DNA of 64,000 bases, from positions 1,152,001 to 1,216,000 of the forward strand of contig CAXXSR010000001.1 in NCBI GenBank assembly GCA_963662615.2, read 5' to 3'. The notes under the pieces are model-generated. The model saw only the letters and a list, made by a program, of their open reading frames with translations. It was not told where the DNA came from and did no database searches. Of the stretch, positions 43,224 through 54,127 are shown piece after piece. The DNA is from Dehalococcoidia bacterium. GTDB lineage: Bacteria; Chloroflexota; Dehalococcoidia; Bin125. Both the position numbers and the translations under genes were made by a program. How positions within the stretch are numbered: position 1 is the stretch's first letter; each line of letters opens with the position of its first letter.

Positions 43224-43412
43224 TCAGGCTGTTAGCGCCCGAAGCACAACCGGAAGGACCAGCGCCACAATCAGCAGCAGGGTCACAACACTGAGGACGA
43301 TCGACAACACGCGGCGCCGCGGCGGCTCCCAGTCGGAATAGCCGGCTTCTTCGGTCAGGTCGGGATCGAGATCGCCCTCACGTGAGAATTCCCATTGGTC
43401 CTCGTCGCCCAT
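43224..43412 (-). CDS. Small acidic protein with C-terminal membrane helix
   Basis: 62 aa; TAAACT -10 box 6 nt before ATG; hydrophobic tail after RRR. Confidence 0.65.
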   Translation of the reverse strand: MGDEDQWEFSREGDLDPDLTEEAGYSDWEPPRRRVLSIVLSVVTLLLIVALVLPVVLRALTA

Positions 43413-43558
43413 ACCTTGAGTTTAGACGCTGATACACCGAACGCTGACCAACTTATCGCTAGGCGCGCAGTCCAGCCCTGTGGTCCAGCACCAAGGCGGC
43501 TAACGCCAGCCCGAAAGCTCAGGGGGATTACGGTCCCCATCGGGTCTTCCGAAGACGG

Positions 43559-43942
43559 CTATGTCTGCTTGACGTAGAGGGGTAGACTTCCGTGCCGCGC
43601 TACATGGCGGATGTGTAGGTCCTCTTCCGCCGTCGCAGGACGCCTCGTCGGAGCCCACCTCACCAGGAGTTCAGCTGGAGTCTCGCCCGCAATGATTCGG
43701 CGTCGGCCAGAGTGCCTTGCCTTTCCTCGCACTAGACCCTGCTTGACTCGAGACCTCAGGTTGGACGTCTTGCCGATGTAAATCGGAACACGGGTCCCCT
43801 TCCGGCGAAGCTGATACACACCTGGGACTCTATTGGGCACCGAAGTCCCGCCCGACCGCGCGTCTTGGTGCAGCTCCGACCATCCGTGCCATGGGCTCCA
43901 ATCCAACGTGATGCGTGGGATGTTGATGATCTGCTGGCTCAT
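43559..43942 (-). CDS. Small GIY-YIG nuclease family protein
   Basis: PGVYQL...IYIGKTSNLRSRV, AEEDL, LP. Confidence 0.8.
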   Translation of the reverse strand: MSQQIINIPRITLDWSPWHGWSELHQDARSGGTSVPNRVPGVYQLRRKGTRVPIYIGKTSNLRSRVKQGLVRGKARHSGRRRIIAGETPAELLVRWAPTRRPATAEEDLHIRHVARHGSLPLYVKQT

Positions 43943-44267
43943 TTTCGCCCTCCTAGGGCCACACTCCAGCTTAGGTCGCTGCCGGCAGGTAGAGCGGCGA
44001 CCAATACCCAAGCGCTTGCTCAAGAGCCCAGGTCGCCACGGGCGCACCTTGCCTGTGACCCCTAGAACCAATAGTCCTGGACTGATCCTCGCCCCCTCCA
44101 TCAAGAAAAGTCGCCCTCACCTCGCCGACGACGGTCTTCACGAGCGGCTAGGCACCCCCACGTCGCGAGCACTATGCTTCCGCGCCCGCGCGGGGCCGAT
44201 TTGGTACGCGGTAATTCCCACCCTCCAGCGGGCCCGTACGGTCGATTCCAGAAAGCGAGGTGCAGCC

Positions 44268-44957
44268 ATGAACCGCACTACTTCTGAGGCGCCTGGACCG
44301 TCAACGGTTGTAAACGGTCAATACTGGGCTTGGCGAACTGCAGGCTGTCCCAAGACAGTCAAGGGTCCCCTTCAGCTATCCCCTAATCCATTCGATCACC
44401 ACCTCCATACCGCTGGCACCGCTGGCTTCCATGAGCTCTTCGAGCAAAGACTTCGCGCTGGCGACTGGGACGGCGTACTCAGGATGTACTCGTCGGAAGA
44501 GCGGATTGGCGGCCTGCTCCGATTGTGGCCGCTGATTCCAACCGACGCGAGCGGCGAAGTGTTACTCAACAATTGGTCTCTCTGCGACCTGCCGGTCAGA
44601 TATGGGATGGCGCGCGTGTTGGCGCTCTTTCGTGAGGTGGCGTATATCGGGCACGGCCCAAAGCAGGTAGAACCAGTCCGCCTTTATCGTGGATTCTCCG
44701 CAAGCCAGTACCGACGCGGCCTTTCTTGGACGCCCCAGCTGGAAACAGCCCGCCTCTTCGCCGGTGGAGGGCGGTACGACGATGGGTATGGGTTCGTTGG
44801 CACCGTCGTAGCTCCTCCCGAAGCTGTCCTGGCATTCATCAAAAATCGAAACGAATCCGAGTACATTCTCGACCCCGCGCGGTATCCGCGGGTCCGCGAG
44901 GTAGAGGTGGTGTATCCGCCAGACGACCCTCGACGCGACAAGGGTGGGGACGCCTGA
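44268..44957 (+). CDS. Hypothetical protein with ADP-ribosyltransferase-like C-terminal domain
   Basis: LYRG...SWT....A..FA...NESEYI (R-S-E pattern); RBS GAGGTG. Confidence 0.6.
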   Translation: MNRTTSEAPGPSTVVNGQYWAWRTAGCPKTVKGPLQLSPNPFDHHLHTAGTAGFHELFEQRLRAGDWDGVLRMYSSEERIGGLLRLWPLIPTDASGEVLLNNWSLCDLPVRYGMARVLALFREVAYIGHGPKQVEPVRLYRGFSASQYRRGLSWTPQLETARLFAGGGRYDDGYGFVGTVVAPPEAVLAFIKNRNESEYILDPARYPRVREVEVVYPPDDPRRDKGGDA

Positions 44958-45017
44958 CAGAGGGGGCAGGTACGCAGTTATTCCGACTCCAGAGTCCGGG
45001 CCTACGGTGAGCGTCCA

Positions 45018-46148
45018 ATGACCAAACGCGGCAGCGGCGAAGGCAGCATCTACAGGCGCGCCACCGATGGCCGCTGGACGGCGAGCGTGAGCGTCGACGG
45101 GAAGCGGAAGACCTTCTACGGCCAGACGCAGCAGGAAGCGCGCAAGAAGCTCCGCGACCATCAGACCGCGCTGGAGGCAGGCCGGCCAGCGCGATCACCG
45201 AAGCTCAAGACCGGCGACTACCTCCGGTCATGGCTCGGGGAGCACGTCAAGCCCCGCGTGCGACCGACAACATTCAAGGCATATGAGATCCGGGTTCGGT
45301 GTCATCTCATTCCGGCGCTGGGCCACATTCCCCTCATCAAGCTCACCCCGTTTGATGTCGAGCGCATGATCGGCGAACAGCTCCTCGCGGGCATGGCTCC
45401 CCGCAGCGTGCAACACAACCGCGCCATCCTTCGCAAAGCACTCAACGACGCGAGGCGCTGGGGACTGGTGGACCGCAACGCCGCCGCCCTGGCAGAGCCG
45501 CCAGCAGTGGTGGAACCGGAGCGCACCGCTCTCACGGTGGATCAGGCACGGGCGCTGCTCGCAGCGATTCGTGGGGACCGACTCGAAGCGGCTTACATTT
45601 TGGCCTTGGCGCTTGGGTTACGGCAGTCAGAGGTGCTGGGCTTGCGCTGGAGCGACATTGACTTCGATCCGGCCGCCCTGCAAGTCGAACGGACGCTGCA
45701 GCGGGCCAACCGGCAGTATCAGTTCTTCCCGCCCAAGTCGCGGACCAGCCGACGGGCGATCCCGCTGGCAGAGCCGGTCATCGCCGCGCTCCGGGAACAC
45801 CGGATTCGGCAGCTGGAGGAGCGCCTGCGGGCAGGTGGGGCGTGGCAGGGCCAGCAGTGGGGCGATCTCGTCTTCTGCGATGAACTCGGGCGCCCGCTGG
45901 CTGGCACCCATGTCACGCGGCGTCTGCGCAAGCTGCTCGTGGCAGCCGATCTTCCTGCCATGCGCTACCACGATCTCCGTCACGGCGTGGCGTCCGTAAT
46001 GACCGCCTTGGGGGTGCCGCCGCGCGTGGTAATGGAAGTGCTGGGGCACGCGCAGATCAGCACGACGATGGAGGTGTACACGCACATCCCGTCGGCGGTG
46101 AAACGCGAGGCCGTTGAACAACTGGCGGCCGCCCTTTGGGCTGACTGA
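45018..46148 (+). CDS. Phage/ICE-type tyrosine integrase
   Basis: KRG.GEGSIY arm-binding N-terminus, GLRQSEVLGLRW.D, PKS, YHDLRH, LGHAQISTTMEVYTH. Confidence 0.95.
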   Translation: MTKRGSGEGSIYRRATDGRWTASVSVDGKRKTFYGQTQQEARKKLRDHQTALEAGRPARSPKLKTGDYLRSWLGEHVKPRVRPTTFKAYEIRVRCHLIPALGHIPLIKLTPFDVERMIGEQLLAGMAPRSVQHNRAILRKALNDARRWGLVDRNAAALAEPPAVVEPERTALTVDQARALLAAIRGDRLEAAYILALALGLRQSEVLGLRWSDIDFDPAALQVERTLQRANRQYQFFPPKSRTSRRAIPLAEPVIAALREHRIRQLEERLRAGGAWQGQQWGDLVFCDELGRPLAGTHVTRRLRKLLVAADLPAMRYHDLRHGVASVMTALGVPPRVVMEVLGHAQISTTMEVYTHIPSAVKREAVEQLAAALWAD

Positions 46149-46406
46149 AGCTGGGGCCCACCACCTCCACCTCCACGTCCACCCCTCCTTCACCGATATC
46201 TTGGGCGGCACTGCGTAGCCGCGCGTTTTGGATGGACCACGTACGCGCGAACGAGGCGATGTGGGGTCGCCGCGGCCCGTTCGCGGGATCTCGCCCACGG
46301 ACCACTACGCTGAACTGTAGTTGTCCTGCCGTGCATGAGATCGAGACGACGGCAGCGTCGGAATGCAATTGCGACTTCGCCCCACGTCGCTCATCGATCT
46401 CAGCTG

Positions 46407-46961
46407 CTACACACGGGGATCTGGCCGCGCCCCGACAACATATCCCGCCGCCTCGGCGATGGTGCGACCGATGGCTGTGACCTGGTATGCGACGCGGTAG
46501 AGAATCCCGTCCGAATCTCGCACGGCCAAATAGCCGTCGAGAACGAGCCTGTCCGTCAAATTCGCCCCCGGTTGAGACGCGCGCGCTTCCACAACCACAG
46601 CATCCACGTCCCAGCCAGCATTATTCGCCACGTTCTTGTTGTAGACGCTCGCGAGAGAGGCCATGCCGACGCCTTTATAAAGGACCGTCCACCCTGGTCC
46701 GCGATCGATGTGCGGCGTCCACTGCCGGCCAGCAATGACCTCGCCGTTCGGTCCCACGCCAGCAGTCGGGACGCGAAGGCGAAACATACCGCGCCGCCAT
46801 GCGGACGAGCTTTCCCCTCGGAAGCCCATAAGGATGGTCCCGGTGTACACGGCCATTACGTCGGCGTTGTTATTCCTGTCGGGGTCTAGTGCGACTTCAA
46901 GCGCATCCGCCTTTTCCACTCCGGCGATTTCCACCGTGTCCGGGTACTGATAGAGCGTCAT
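46407..46961 (-). CDS. Hypothetical beta-rich protein
   Basis: 184 aa ORF with strong RBS AGAAAGGA. Confidence 0.7.
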   Translation of the reverse strand: MTLYQYPDTVEIAGVEKADALEVALDPDRNNNADVMAVYTGTILMGFRGESSSAWRRGMFRLRVPTAGVGPNGEVIAGRQWTPHIDRGPGWTVLYKGVGMASLASVYNKNVANNAGWDVDAVVVEARASQPGANLTDRLVLDGYLAVRDSDGILYRVAYQVTAIGRTIAEAAGYVVGARPDPRV

Positions 46962-47715
46962 TTCTGATCCTTTCTTGTCTTGTCGCGGGAACTAGCGATG
47001 ACCCCGCATAGTGACCCCTTTCAGGGGTGTTGGGGCTGGATGCTCACCGTGCAAGACGCTGGAGTTTCGTTCGATGTTCCCGTCGAGCCATGGCGTCGCG
47101 AGGTCGCTCAAACAGCAGGTGCATCACTCGCGCGCGCACCAGGATTGGCGTGCAGAAGTCGGGCGCCGTGTTTCATGCCGTGGAACTTAATGCACGGCGT
47201 TGCCGTCTAGGGTGGTAACTGGCGGGACGGCCGGCGAGCTGCCGGAAGACGACGCCTGCGCGAAATTGTCCATTCTGAGTTTCGTAGGCATCAGGATTCA
47301 ATCAAGAACAGATCTGTCCGAGATAGAGTTGAGATTTGGAAGGCGCGGACCGTCAGGGCGAGCAACAGGAACGGGGCCGCAGCTTCGAGCTGCTGGACCA
47401 CTTCTAATCCTGTCTGGAAATCCCTAGAAGCAATACGGTTCTGGCTTAATTCTGTTGATTTCCCCAATGGCGGAACGAGCGCCGCATTTCCCAGGCAGGC
47501 CGCACAACCTCGAACGGCTGGCACCCCGGTCGATTCGGCGTGTGCGCCACCCAGAGCTGAACTCTATCTTGGATAAGACCGTTCGCCGTTGAGTCCGACG
47601 CGCCGCAGGTCGGCCACGCGAGCTCACGCGGCGCCGATCCCTTCCCGTCGTTCCGTCACCTGTCAGGTGATGGGAATGCGCCTCGTCGATTGAGGCACTC
47701 GAGCCGTGATCCTGG

Positions 47716-47735
47716 TTGCTGTCAATTTGCTGTCA
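47716..47735. repeat. Direct repeat TTGCTGTCA x2, candidate integrase arm-type site
   Basis: 11 bp period, about 70 bp upstream of tRNA-Arg. Confidence 0.6.
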
Positions 47736-47801
47736 GATGCCTCCACCCTGAACGACTTGCGGCGTCAATTATGGAACGTTCTATCTGGTAAAGTTGCAGT
47801 G

Positions 47802-47876
47802 CCCCCCGTAGCTCAGGGGATAGAGCAGTGGTTTCCTAAACCATGTGCGCAGGTTCGATTCCTGCCGGGGGGACCA
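47802..47876 (+). tRNA. tRNA-Arg(CCT)
   Basis: GTGGT-TTCCTAA-ACCAT anticodon arm, GGTTCGATTCC, CCA end. Confidence 0.93.
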
Positions 47877-47904
47877 CCTCCTCGCGCGGGGTGGCGCCGT
47901 CTCC

Positions 47905-49113
47905 CTAGGGCCGCTCGAAGAGCGCGGCGATGCCCTGGCCGCCGCCGATGCACATGGTCTCGAGGCCGTAGCGCACCCGTCGGCGCTCCATCTCGTGGAG
48001 GAGCGTGGCGAGGATGCGGGCCCCGGTGGCAGCGATGGGATGCCCGAGCGAGATCCCGGAGCCATTGACGTTCAGCTTTTCCTCCAACCCATCCTCAGAG
48101 GCGCGGCGCCACTCGGAGAGGACGGCGAGCACCTGCGATGCGAACGCCTCATTGAGTTCAATCAGATCGACGTGATCCAGGGACACCCCCGTCTTGGCCG
48201 AGAGCTTCTCCATTGCCGGCACCGGGCCGATCCCCATATAGGCGGGATGCACGCCGGTCACGGCCCAGCCGCGCAGGTACGCCATGGGCTCCAAGTTCAG
48301 CTCGGGGAGCTTGTCGGCGGCGACGACCAGGCAGACCGCTGCCGCGTCGTTCTGGGCGCTGGCGTTGCCGGCGGTGACTGTTCCCTCGGGCATGACGGGC
48401 TTGAGTTTCGCCAGTGCCTCCGGGGACGTGTCCTTGCGCGGCCCCTCGTCATGCCGGACCTCGACAGGGGCGCCCTTCCGCTGGGGCGCCAACACCGGCA
48501 CGATCTCCGCATTGAAGTTGCCCGCCTCCGCCGCCGCAACGGCCCGCTGATGGCTGCGCACGGCATATTCATCCTGCGCCTGTCGCGAGATCTGATATTT
48601 CCGCGCCAGATTTTCCGCGGTCTCAATCATGCCGTTGATGGGACCGAACCGTTCCTCGGGCGAAGCCGTCGCCCGCGCCCGCTGCAGGCGATCGTGCAAC
48701 GTGACGGAGCCCATCCGGCTGCCCCAGCGCGCGGCGGTGGTGTAGAACTCCGCGCCGCTCATGGATTCCACCCCGCCCGCGATCACGACGTCCGCATTTC
48801 CCGTCTGCACGAGCATGGCCGCGTTCAAGACCGCCTGCAGGCCCGATCCGCAGCGCCTGTCGAGCTGGTAGCCGGGAACCTCAATGGGCAGCCCCGCTTT
48901 GAGCGCCGCCAGGCGTCCCACCGCCGGCTCCTCGCCGCTGGGATAGCCCTACCCGAGGATGACGTCATCGATGCGCCCAGGGTCGACGCCGGTGCGAGCC
49001 ACCAGCGCCCCGATTACCGTGGCGGCGAGTTCCGCCGCCGGCACGTCTCGCAAAGCCCCGCCGAAGCGCCCCACGGCCGTGCGCAGCGGGCTGACGATGG
49101 CGACCTCTTGCAT
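47905..49113 (-). pseudogene. Acetyl-CoA C-acetyltransferase (thiolase) with in-frame TAG at 48951-48949
   Basis: RTAVGRFGG, CGSG, NEAFA, GHP, CIGGGQG; both ORF pieces share a frame, separated by one stop. Confidence 0.88.
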
Positions 49114-49119
49114 TGCGAA

Positions 49120-49165
49120 CCCCTCCTGCTCCGCTTTCACAGCCCCTCCTGCTCCGCTTTCACAG
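49120..49165. repeat. 23 bp tandem duplication covering the thiolase RBS
   Basis: CCCCTCCTGCTCCGCTTTCACAG x2. Confidence 0.9.
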
Positions 49166-49203
49166 CCCCGCTTGCTCGGTTCTCACTGAGGCTCTCGCCG
49201 AGG

Positions 49204-50115
49204 CTATGGCCGAGCGTCCTCCGGCGCCATCTCGTGTTGCGCTGATCGCGTGTTCGCGCCCGCCTCCAGCACTTCCAGCGCCGCCAGGTGCAACTTTTCC
49301 CCCAGCCCCGCTGCCATGGCTGCAAGGAACGTTTGGTGGGCAGCGGCCGTCATGGGCATGGGGACGGCGAGATCTTGCGCCGATTCCAGGGCCAGCCCCA
49401 CGTCCTTGGCCGCCAGCGCCAGCGCAAAGGTGGGGTTGTCGAACTTCCGCTCCACCTGCAGCGGCATCCGGCCCACGTGCGGTCCCGCGCTCCCCACTTT
49501 GAGCATTTCGTAGAGCTGCTTCGAATCAAGTCCTGCCTTCGCCCCCAGCACCAAGACTTCCGCTACGAGCACACTGGTGCAGAGGCTGACCACGTTGTTG
49601 ATCTGCTTCACAAGCGTGCCCGTACCGGGACTGCCCAGCGAGAAGATGTGGGCCCCGAACGCCTCCATGATTGGACGGGTCCGCTCCACGGCGCCTGGAT
49701 CCCCGCTGGCCAGGAGGGTCAGCGTTCCCGCTTCAGCACCAACAACGCCGCCGGTGACCGGGGCGTCCACGAAGATCACGCCGTGCGCGCGCGCGTCCGC
49801 TTCCAGGCGTTGGACGGCGGTGACGGAGTTGGTGCTGAGATCGACGTGGATGTCGCCGGGACGGGCGCCGGCGAGGATGCCATTGTCCCCATGGACCACG
49901 GCTTCGACTTCAGGCGGGCCCGGCAACGACGTGAAGACGATGCGGCATCGCTCCGCGACAGCCTTGGGCGAATCGGCCCACGCGGCTCCGAGTTCAATCA
50001 GGTTGTTCGCACGCTCTTCGCGGAGGTCGTGCACGACAAGGTCATGTCCGGCCTTCAGGATGTGACGCGCCATAGGATTGCCGATATTGCCCGTGCCAAT
50101 GAACCCCACCAGCAT
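49204..50115 (-). CDS. 3-hydroxyisobutyrate dehydrogenase-family oxidoreductase
   Basis: GFIGTGNIG.PMA, DAPVTGG..GA..GTL, K..NN, F.L.LA.KD. Confidence 0.92.
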   Translation of the reverse strand: MLVGFIGTGNIGNPMARHILKAGHDLVVHDLREERANNLIELGAAWADSPKAVAERCRIVFTSLPGPPEVEAVVHGDNGILAGARPGDIHVDLSTNSVTAVQRLEADARAHGVIFVDAPVTGGVVGAEAGTLTLLASGDPGAVERTRPIMEAFGAHIFSLGSPGTGTLVKQINNVVSLCTSVLVAEVLVLGAKAGLDSKQLYEMLKVGSAGPHVGRMPLQVERKFDNPTFALALAAKDVGLALESAQDLAVPMPMTAAAHQTFLAAMAAGLGEKLHLAALEVLEAGANTRSAQHEMAPEDARP

Positions 50116-50324
50116 TGCAGCCTCCCCTGCGCTCCTCTGTCTCATGTCTTCAGCCCTGACCGGCATCCTCTGCATCCGGCGCGAGGCGCAGCATAGTGAA
50201 CGCTGTCAAGCCGGCGTCGCCACGATGTGAAACGCATCTCATCCCTGTCCCGCCCTGTCGCCGTAGAAGGAAGCCTCCCGTTCGGCGTCTCTCGCTCGCG
50301 CACTGCGCTCAACCGTGACACGCG

Positions 50325-51119
50325 TCAAGCGATCGCTCGGACCAGGAGGACGCGCAGGGCGCAGGTCACGCTGCCGTCGGCCTGCACGACGGTATTGTCG
50401 GACTCCAGCTCTTCGCGGACCGCGTTACGCCGGGAGAGCGGCACGGCGTCCAGGCGCGCCAGGAACGCGAAGGCCCGGTTCATTGCCCACCAGTCGTCGA
50501 ATTGCGGGAAGACGATTTCGTCGTCGTGCTCCTCAATGACCACGTCACGGAGGCCGGCCCGAAAGCACCATCGCGCCACCTCTTCGGGGTCGTTGGTGAA
50601 GGGGCGAAAGAGATGGGGGACTTCCTGCCGCTCCATTATCTCGAGGAGGCGCTCGCCCGGCCGACCAAAGAAGGGCTCGCGCCAGGTCGTGCACGCGATC
50701 GCGCCGCCCGGCCTGGCGATTCGTGCGGCTTCCCGCAGAGCCCGCAACGGATCGTGAATATAAGGGAGGCCAAAGCCGCAGGTGACGGCGCTGACCGAGC
50801 GATCGGCCAGATCGAGCGCGATGGCATCCATGCGCATGAAGCGGACGCGCGTGGGGACACCGGCCAGCGCCGCGCGGCCGAGCTCCAGTTGACGCTCGGC
50901 AAGATCGACACCGATCACTGAGCCGCTCTTTCCCACCGCACGGACGATAGGCTCCACGACGGTGCCGGGGCCGGTCGCCACATCCACCACGGCATTGCCC
51001 GGACGGAGGTCCGCGCGGTCGACAAGAAGCGCGGCGAATCGGGGGAGAAAGGGCGCGCCGGTCTCGCGGTACGCAGCGCCCGCCTCATTGATCGCGCGAA
51101 GGACGGCGTCGTCGGCCAT
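50325..51119 (-). CDS. Class I SAM-dependent methyltransferase (UbiE-like)
   Basis: VVDVATGPG, GVDL, MDA, RPGG. Confidence 0.88.
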   Translation of the reverse strand: MADDAVLRAINEAGAAYRETGAPFLPRFAALLVDRADLRPGNAVVDVATGPGTVVEPIVRAVGKSGSVIGVDLAERQLELGRAALAGVPTRVRFMRMDAIALDLADRSVSAVTCGFGLPYIHDPLRALREAARIARPGGAIACTTWREPFFGRPGERLLEIMERQEVPHLFRPFTNDPEEVARWCFRAGLRDVVIEEHDDEIVFPQFDDWWAMNRAFAFLARLDAVPLSRRNAVREELESDNTVVQADGSVTCALRVLLVRAIA

Positions 51120-51219
51120 AGGCGAGGGAGACGGAGCGCCACCACTGGGATGGCGCGCGTCCGCGCTCAGTCTAGCTCTGGGCGCCCGCACGCGCGGCGG
51201 GAGGGCGAGGGTCGTTCAA

Positions 51220-51249
51220 TTGCTCTGGATAATCGGCCGTTGGTATACT
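51220..51249 (+). promoter_or_regulatory. Promoter of tRNA cluster
   Basis: TTGCTC-18 bp-TATACT with TGn extension. Confidence 0.65.
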
Positions 51250-51265
51250 GCTCCCGCGCCGACTG

Positions 51266-51341
51266 AGGAGTGTAGCTCAGTTGGAAGAGCAGCGGTCTCC
51301 AAAACCGCAGGTCGGGGGTTCGAGTCCCTCCACTCCTGCCA
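51266..51341 (+). tRNA. tRNA-Trp(CCA)
   Basis: GCGGT-CTCCAAA-ACCGC anticodon arm. Confidence 0.96.
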
Positions 51342-51360
51342 ACATGGCGGCTAAGATCGT

Positions 51361-51448
51361 GCCGAGGTGGTGGAACTGGTAGACACGCAGCGTTGAGGGC
51401 GCTGTGCTCATTCTGGGCGTAGGAGTTCGAGTCTCCTCCTCGGCACCA
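51361..51448 (+). tRNA. tRNA-Leu(GAG)
   Basis: CAGCG-TTGAGGG-CGCTG, long variable arm. Confidence 0.95.
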
Positions 51449-51467
51449 TTGGGAGAACGAAGTCCGA

Positions 51468-51542
51468 GCGGAAGTGGCGCAGTGGTAGCGCGTCTCCTTG
51501 CCAAGGAGAAGGTCGCGGGTTCGACCCCCGTCTTCCGCTCCA
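51468..51542 (+). tRNA. tRNA-Gly(GCC)
   Basis: TCTCC-TTGCCAA-GGAGA, TCCA end. Confidence 0.96.
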
Positions 51543-51561
51543 ACTTCATTGCCCGCCTCAT

Positions 51562-51636
<75 letters not shown>

Positions 51637-51813
51637 TCACACCATCTGGGACACGTTGAGAATGACGGTTCAGCCCAGCGCGATCGATCGCGGCGCCAGG
51701 ATCACCGCCGTCGCGACGGAGCCGTTGCGCTGGTCGCCGTCCTCGCGGTCCCCGGCTAAGCGCGGAACCTACCGGAAGCACGTTGGCAGTCAGCGACCGA
51801 TGTGGGCGGACGA

Positions 51814-52500
51814 CTAGCAGCTCATCACCGCCGTGGCCAGAGCCAGAGATGCCTCCCTGGCCGTAGCCTCGAAGAGAATCGGCAGACAGGTCTCTGAGAT
51901 GGAACCGAATGCTCGGTACGATACGCACGCGCCCGAGGGGATTGAGCTTCCTTCTGTGAACACTAGGCGCTTGCCCACGACTATCAGTTCGCCGAGCGCA
52001 GGGCGCGTTGAAAGCTGCGACTCCAGTTCTCGCGCCTGAGAACGCAATTCTTGCACTTCAGCGCGCAAGTCATCTGATTCGCGCCGCGCATCTACGGCGA
52101 ACCAGACCGCGCCCCCGATGGCCGCGAGTGCCACCAGAAGGACTAACAGCCGCATGATCTTTGGGGATTGCGTCGCTGGCGGGGATGCAGACCCCGTGGC
52201 ATGCGCAGATTGATCCCTTATCTCATCGACTCGCGGAGCTTCGACGGCCTCCGAAGCTTGTCGCACTGACTGTTCTGATCGCTGCAGCCTCCACTCAGGG
52301 ATGAACCAGGCTATGGGTGCATTGAGGATCGGGGTGCGGCTGAGGAGACCTCCGAATATCATCCCGGCGAATAGCCCCACAAGCCCGACCGCGGCGGGGT
52401 AAGGCACCTCCCCGAAGGCAAAACGGACTGCCAATCCCACCCAGAAGACGCCGAAGAAGCCCAGTACTCCGACCCCGATCAGCCTGCGTAACCACAGCAC
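51814..52500 (-). CDS. Hypothetical membrane protein (3 TM + coiled coil)
   Basis: Two N-terminal hydrophobic helices, a third TM, heptad stretch LRAEVQELRSQARELESQL; atypical codon use. Confidence 0.65.
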   Translation of the reverse strand: MLWLRRLIGVGVLGFFGVFWVGLAVRFAFGEVPYPAAVGLVGLFAGMIFGGLLSRTPILNAPIAWFIPEWRLQRSEQSVRQASEAVEAPRVDEIRDQSAHATGSASPPATQSPKIMRLLVLLVALAAIGGAVWFAVDARRESDDLRAEVQELRSQARELESQLSTRPALGELIVVGKRLVFTEGSSIPSGACVSYRAFGSISETCLPILFEATAREASLALATAVMSC

Positions 52501-52531
52501 CGCACACTCGCATCACGCCTCTGGGTCAGTC

Positions 52532-53665
<1,134 letters not shown>

Positions 53666-53888
53666 CTCCTTGCTCAAAAATGTGCCGAGGCGACGACGGC
53701 ACCCGCGTTCGCAGGCGCAGCCTACAGCATCCCTGCAGGCGACCGGCTCGGCCACTGCCCGGGCATCGGCCGCCGGCGTGTGGATGAACAGCGGCTCTTT
53801 CACGCTTGGGTAAGTCGCGCAGGGCGCCGTCGCCGCTACGTCGGCCCGTTCGCCTGGTATCGTGGGGCGGTCTGACACCGGCGACCGT

Positions 53889-53975
53889 GCCGGGATGGCG
53901 GAACTGGTAGACGCGGCGGACTTAAAATCCGCTGGCCGCAAGGCCGTGTGGGTTCGATCCCCGCTCCCGGCACCA
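53889..53975 (+). tRNA. tRNA-Leu(TAA)
   Basis: GCGGA-CTTAAAA-TCCGC, long variable arm, CCA. Confidence 0.96.
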
Positions 53976-54127
53976 TCTTGTCCATCTGGGATGGCGCCAC
54001 GTTCGCGGTGGCGCCGCTGGGCGTCAGCATCGCTGTCACACGAACACGCCAGCCGGCTGACGGGCGAGGAAACGCGGCGCGTTTCGGTCTCGGCGGGGCG
54101 GGCGTGCTTTCGGTTACGGGAGGATCG

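Larger units (their letters stand above)
37935..47800. mobile_element. Integrase-associated genomic island next to tRNA-Arg(CCT), boundaries approximate
   Basis: Visibly lower GC; integrase remnant at left, full integrase at 45018, nested IS3, defence-like cargo, tRNA at right edge. Confidence 0.75.

Noticed and set aside
48949-48951. Pyrrolysine or other recoding of the thiolase TAG
   Set aside because: No pyl genes in the window, all other genes use the standard code, and a single transition from CAG explains it
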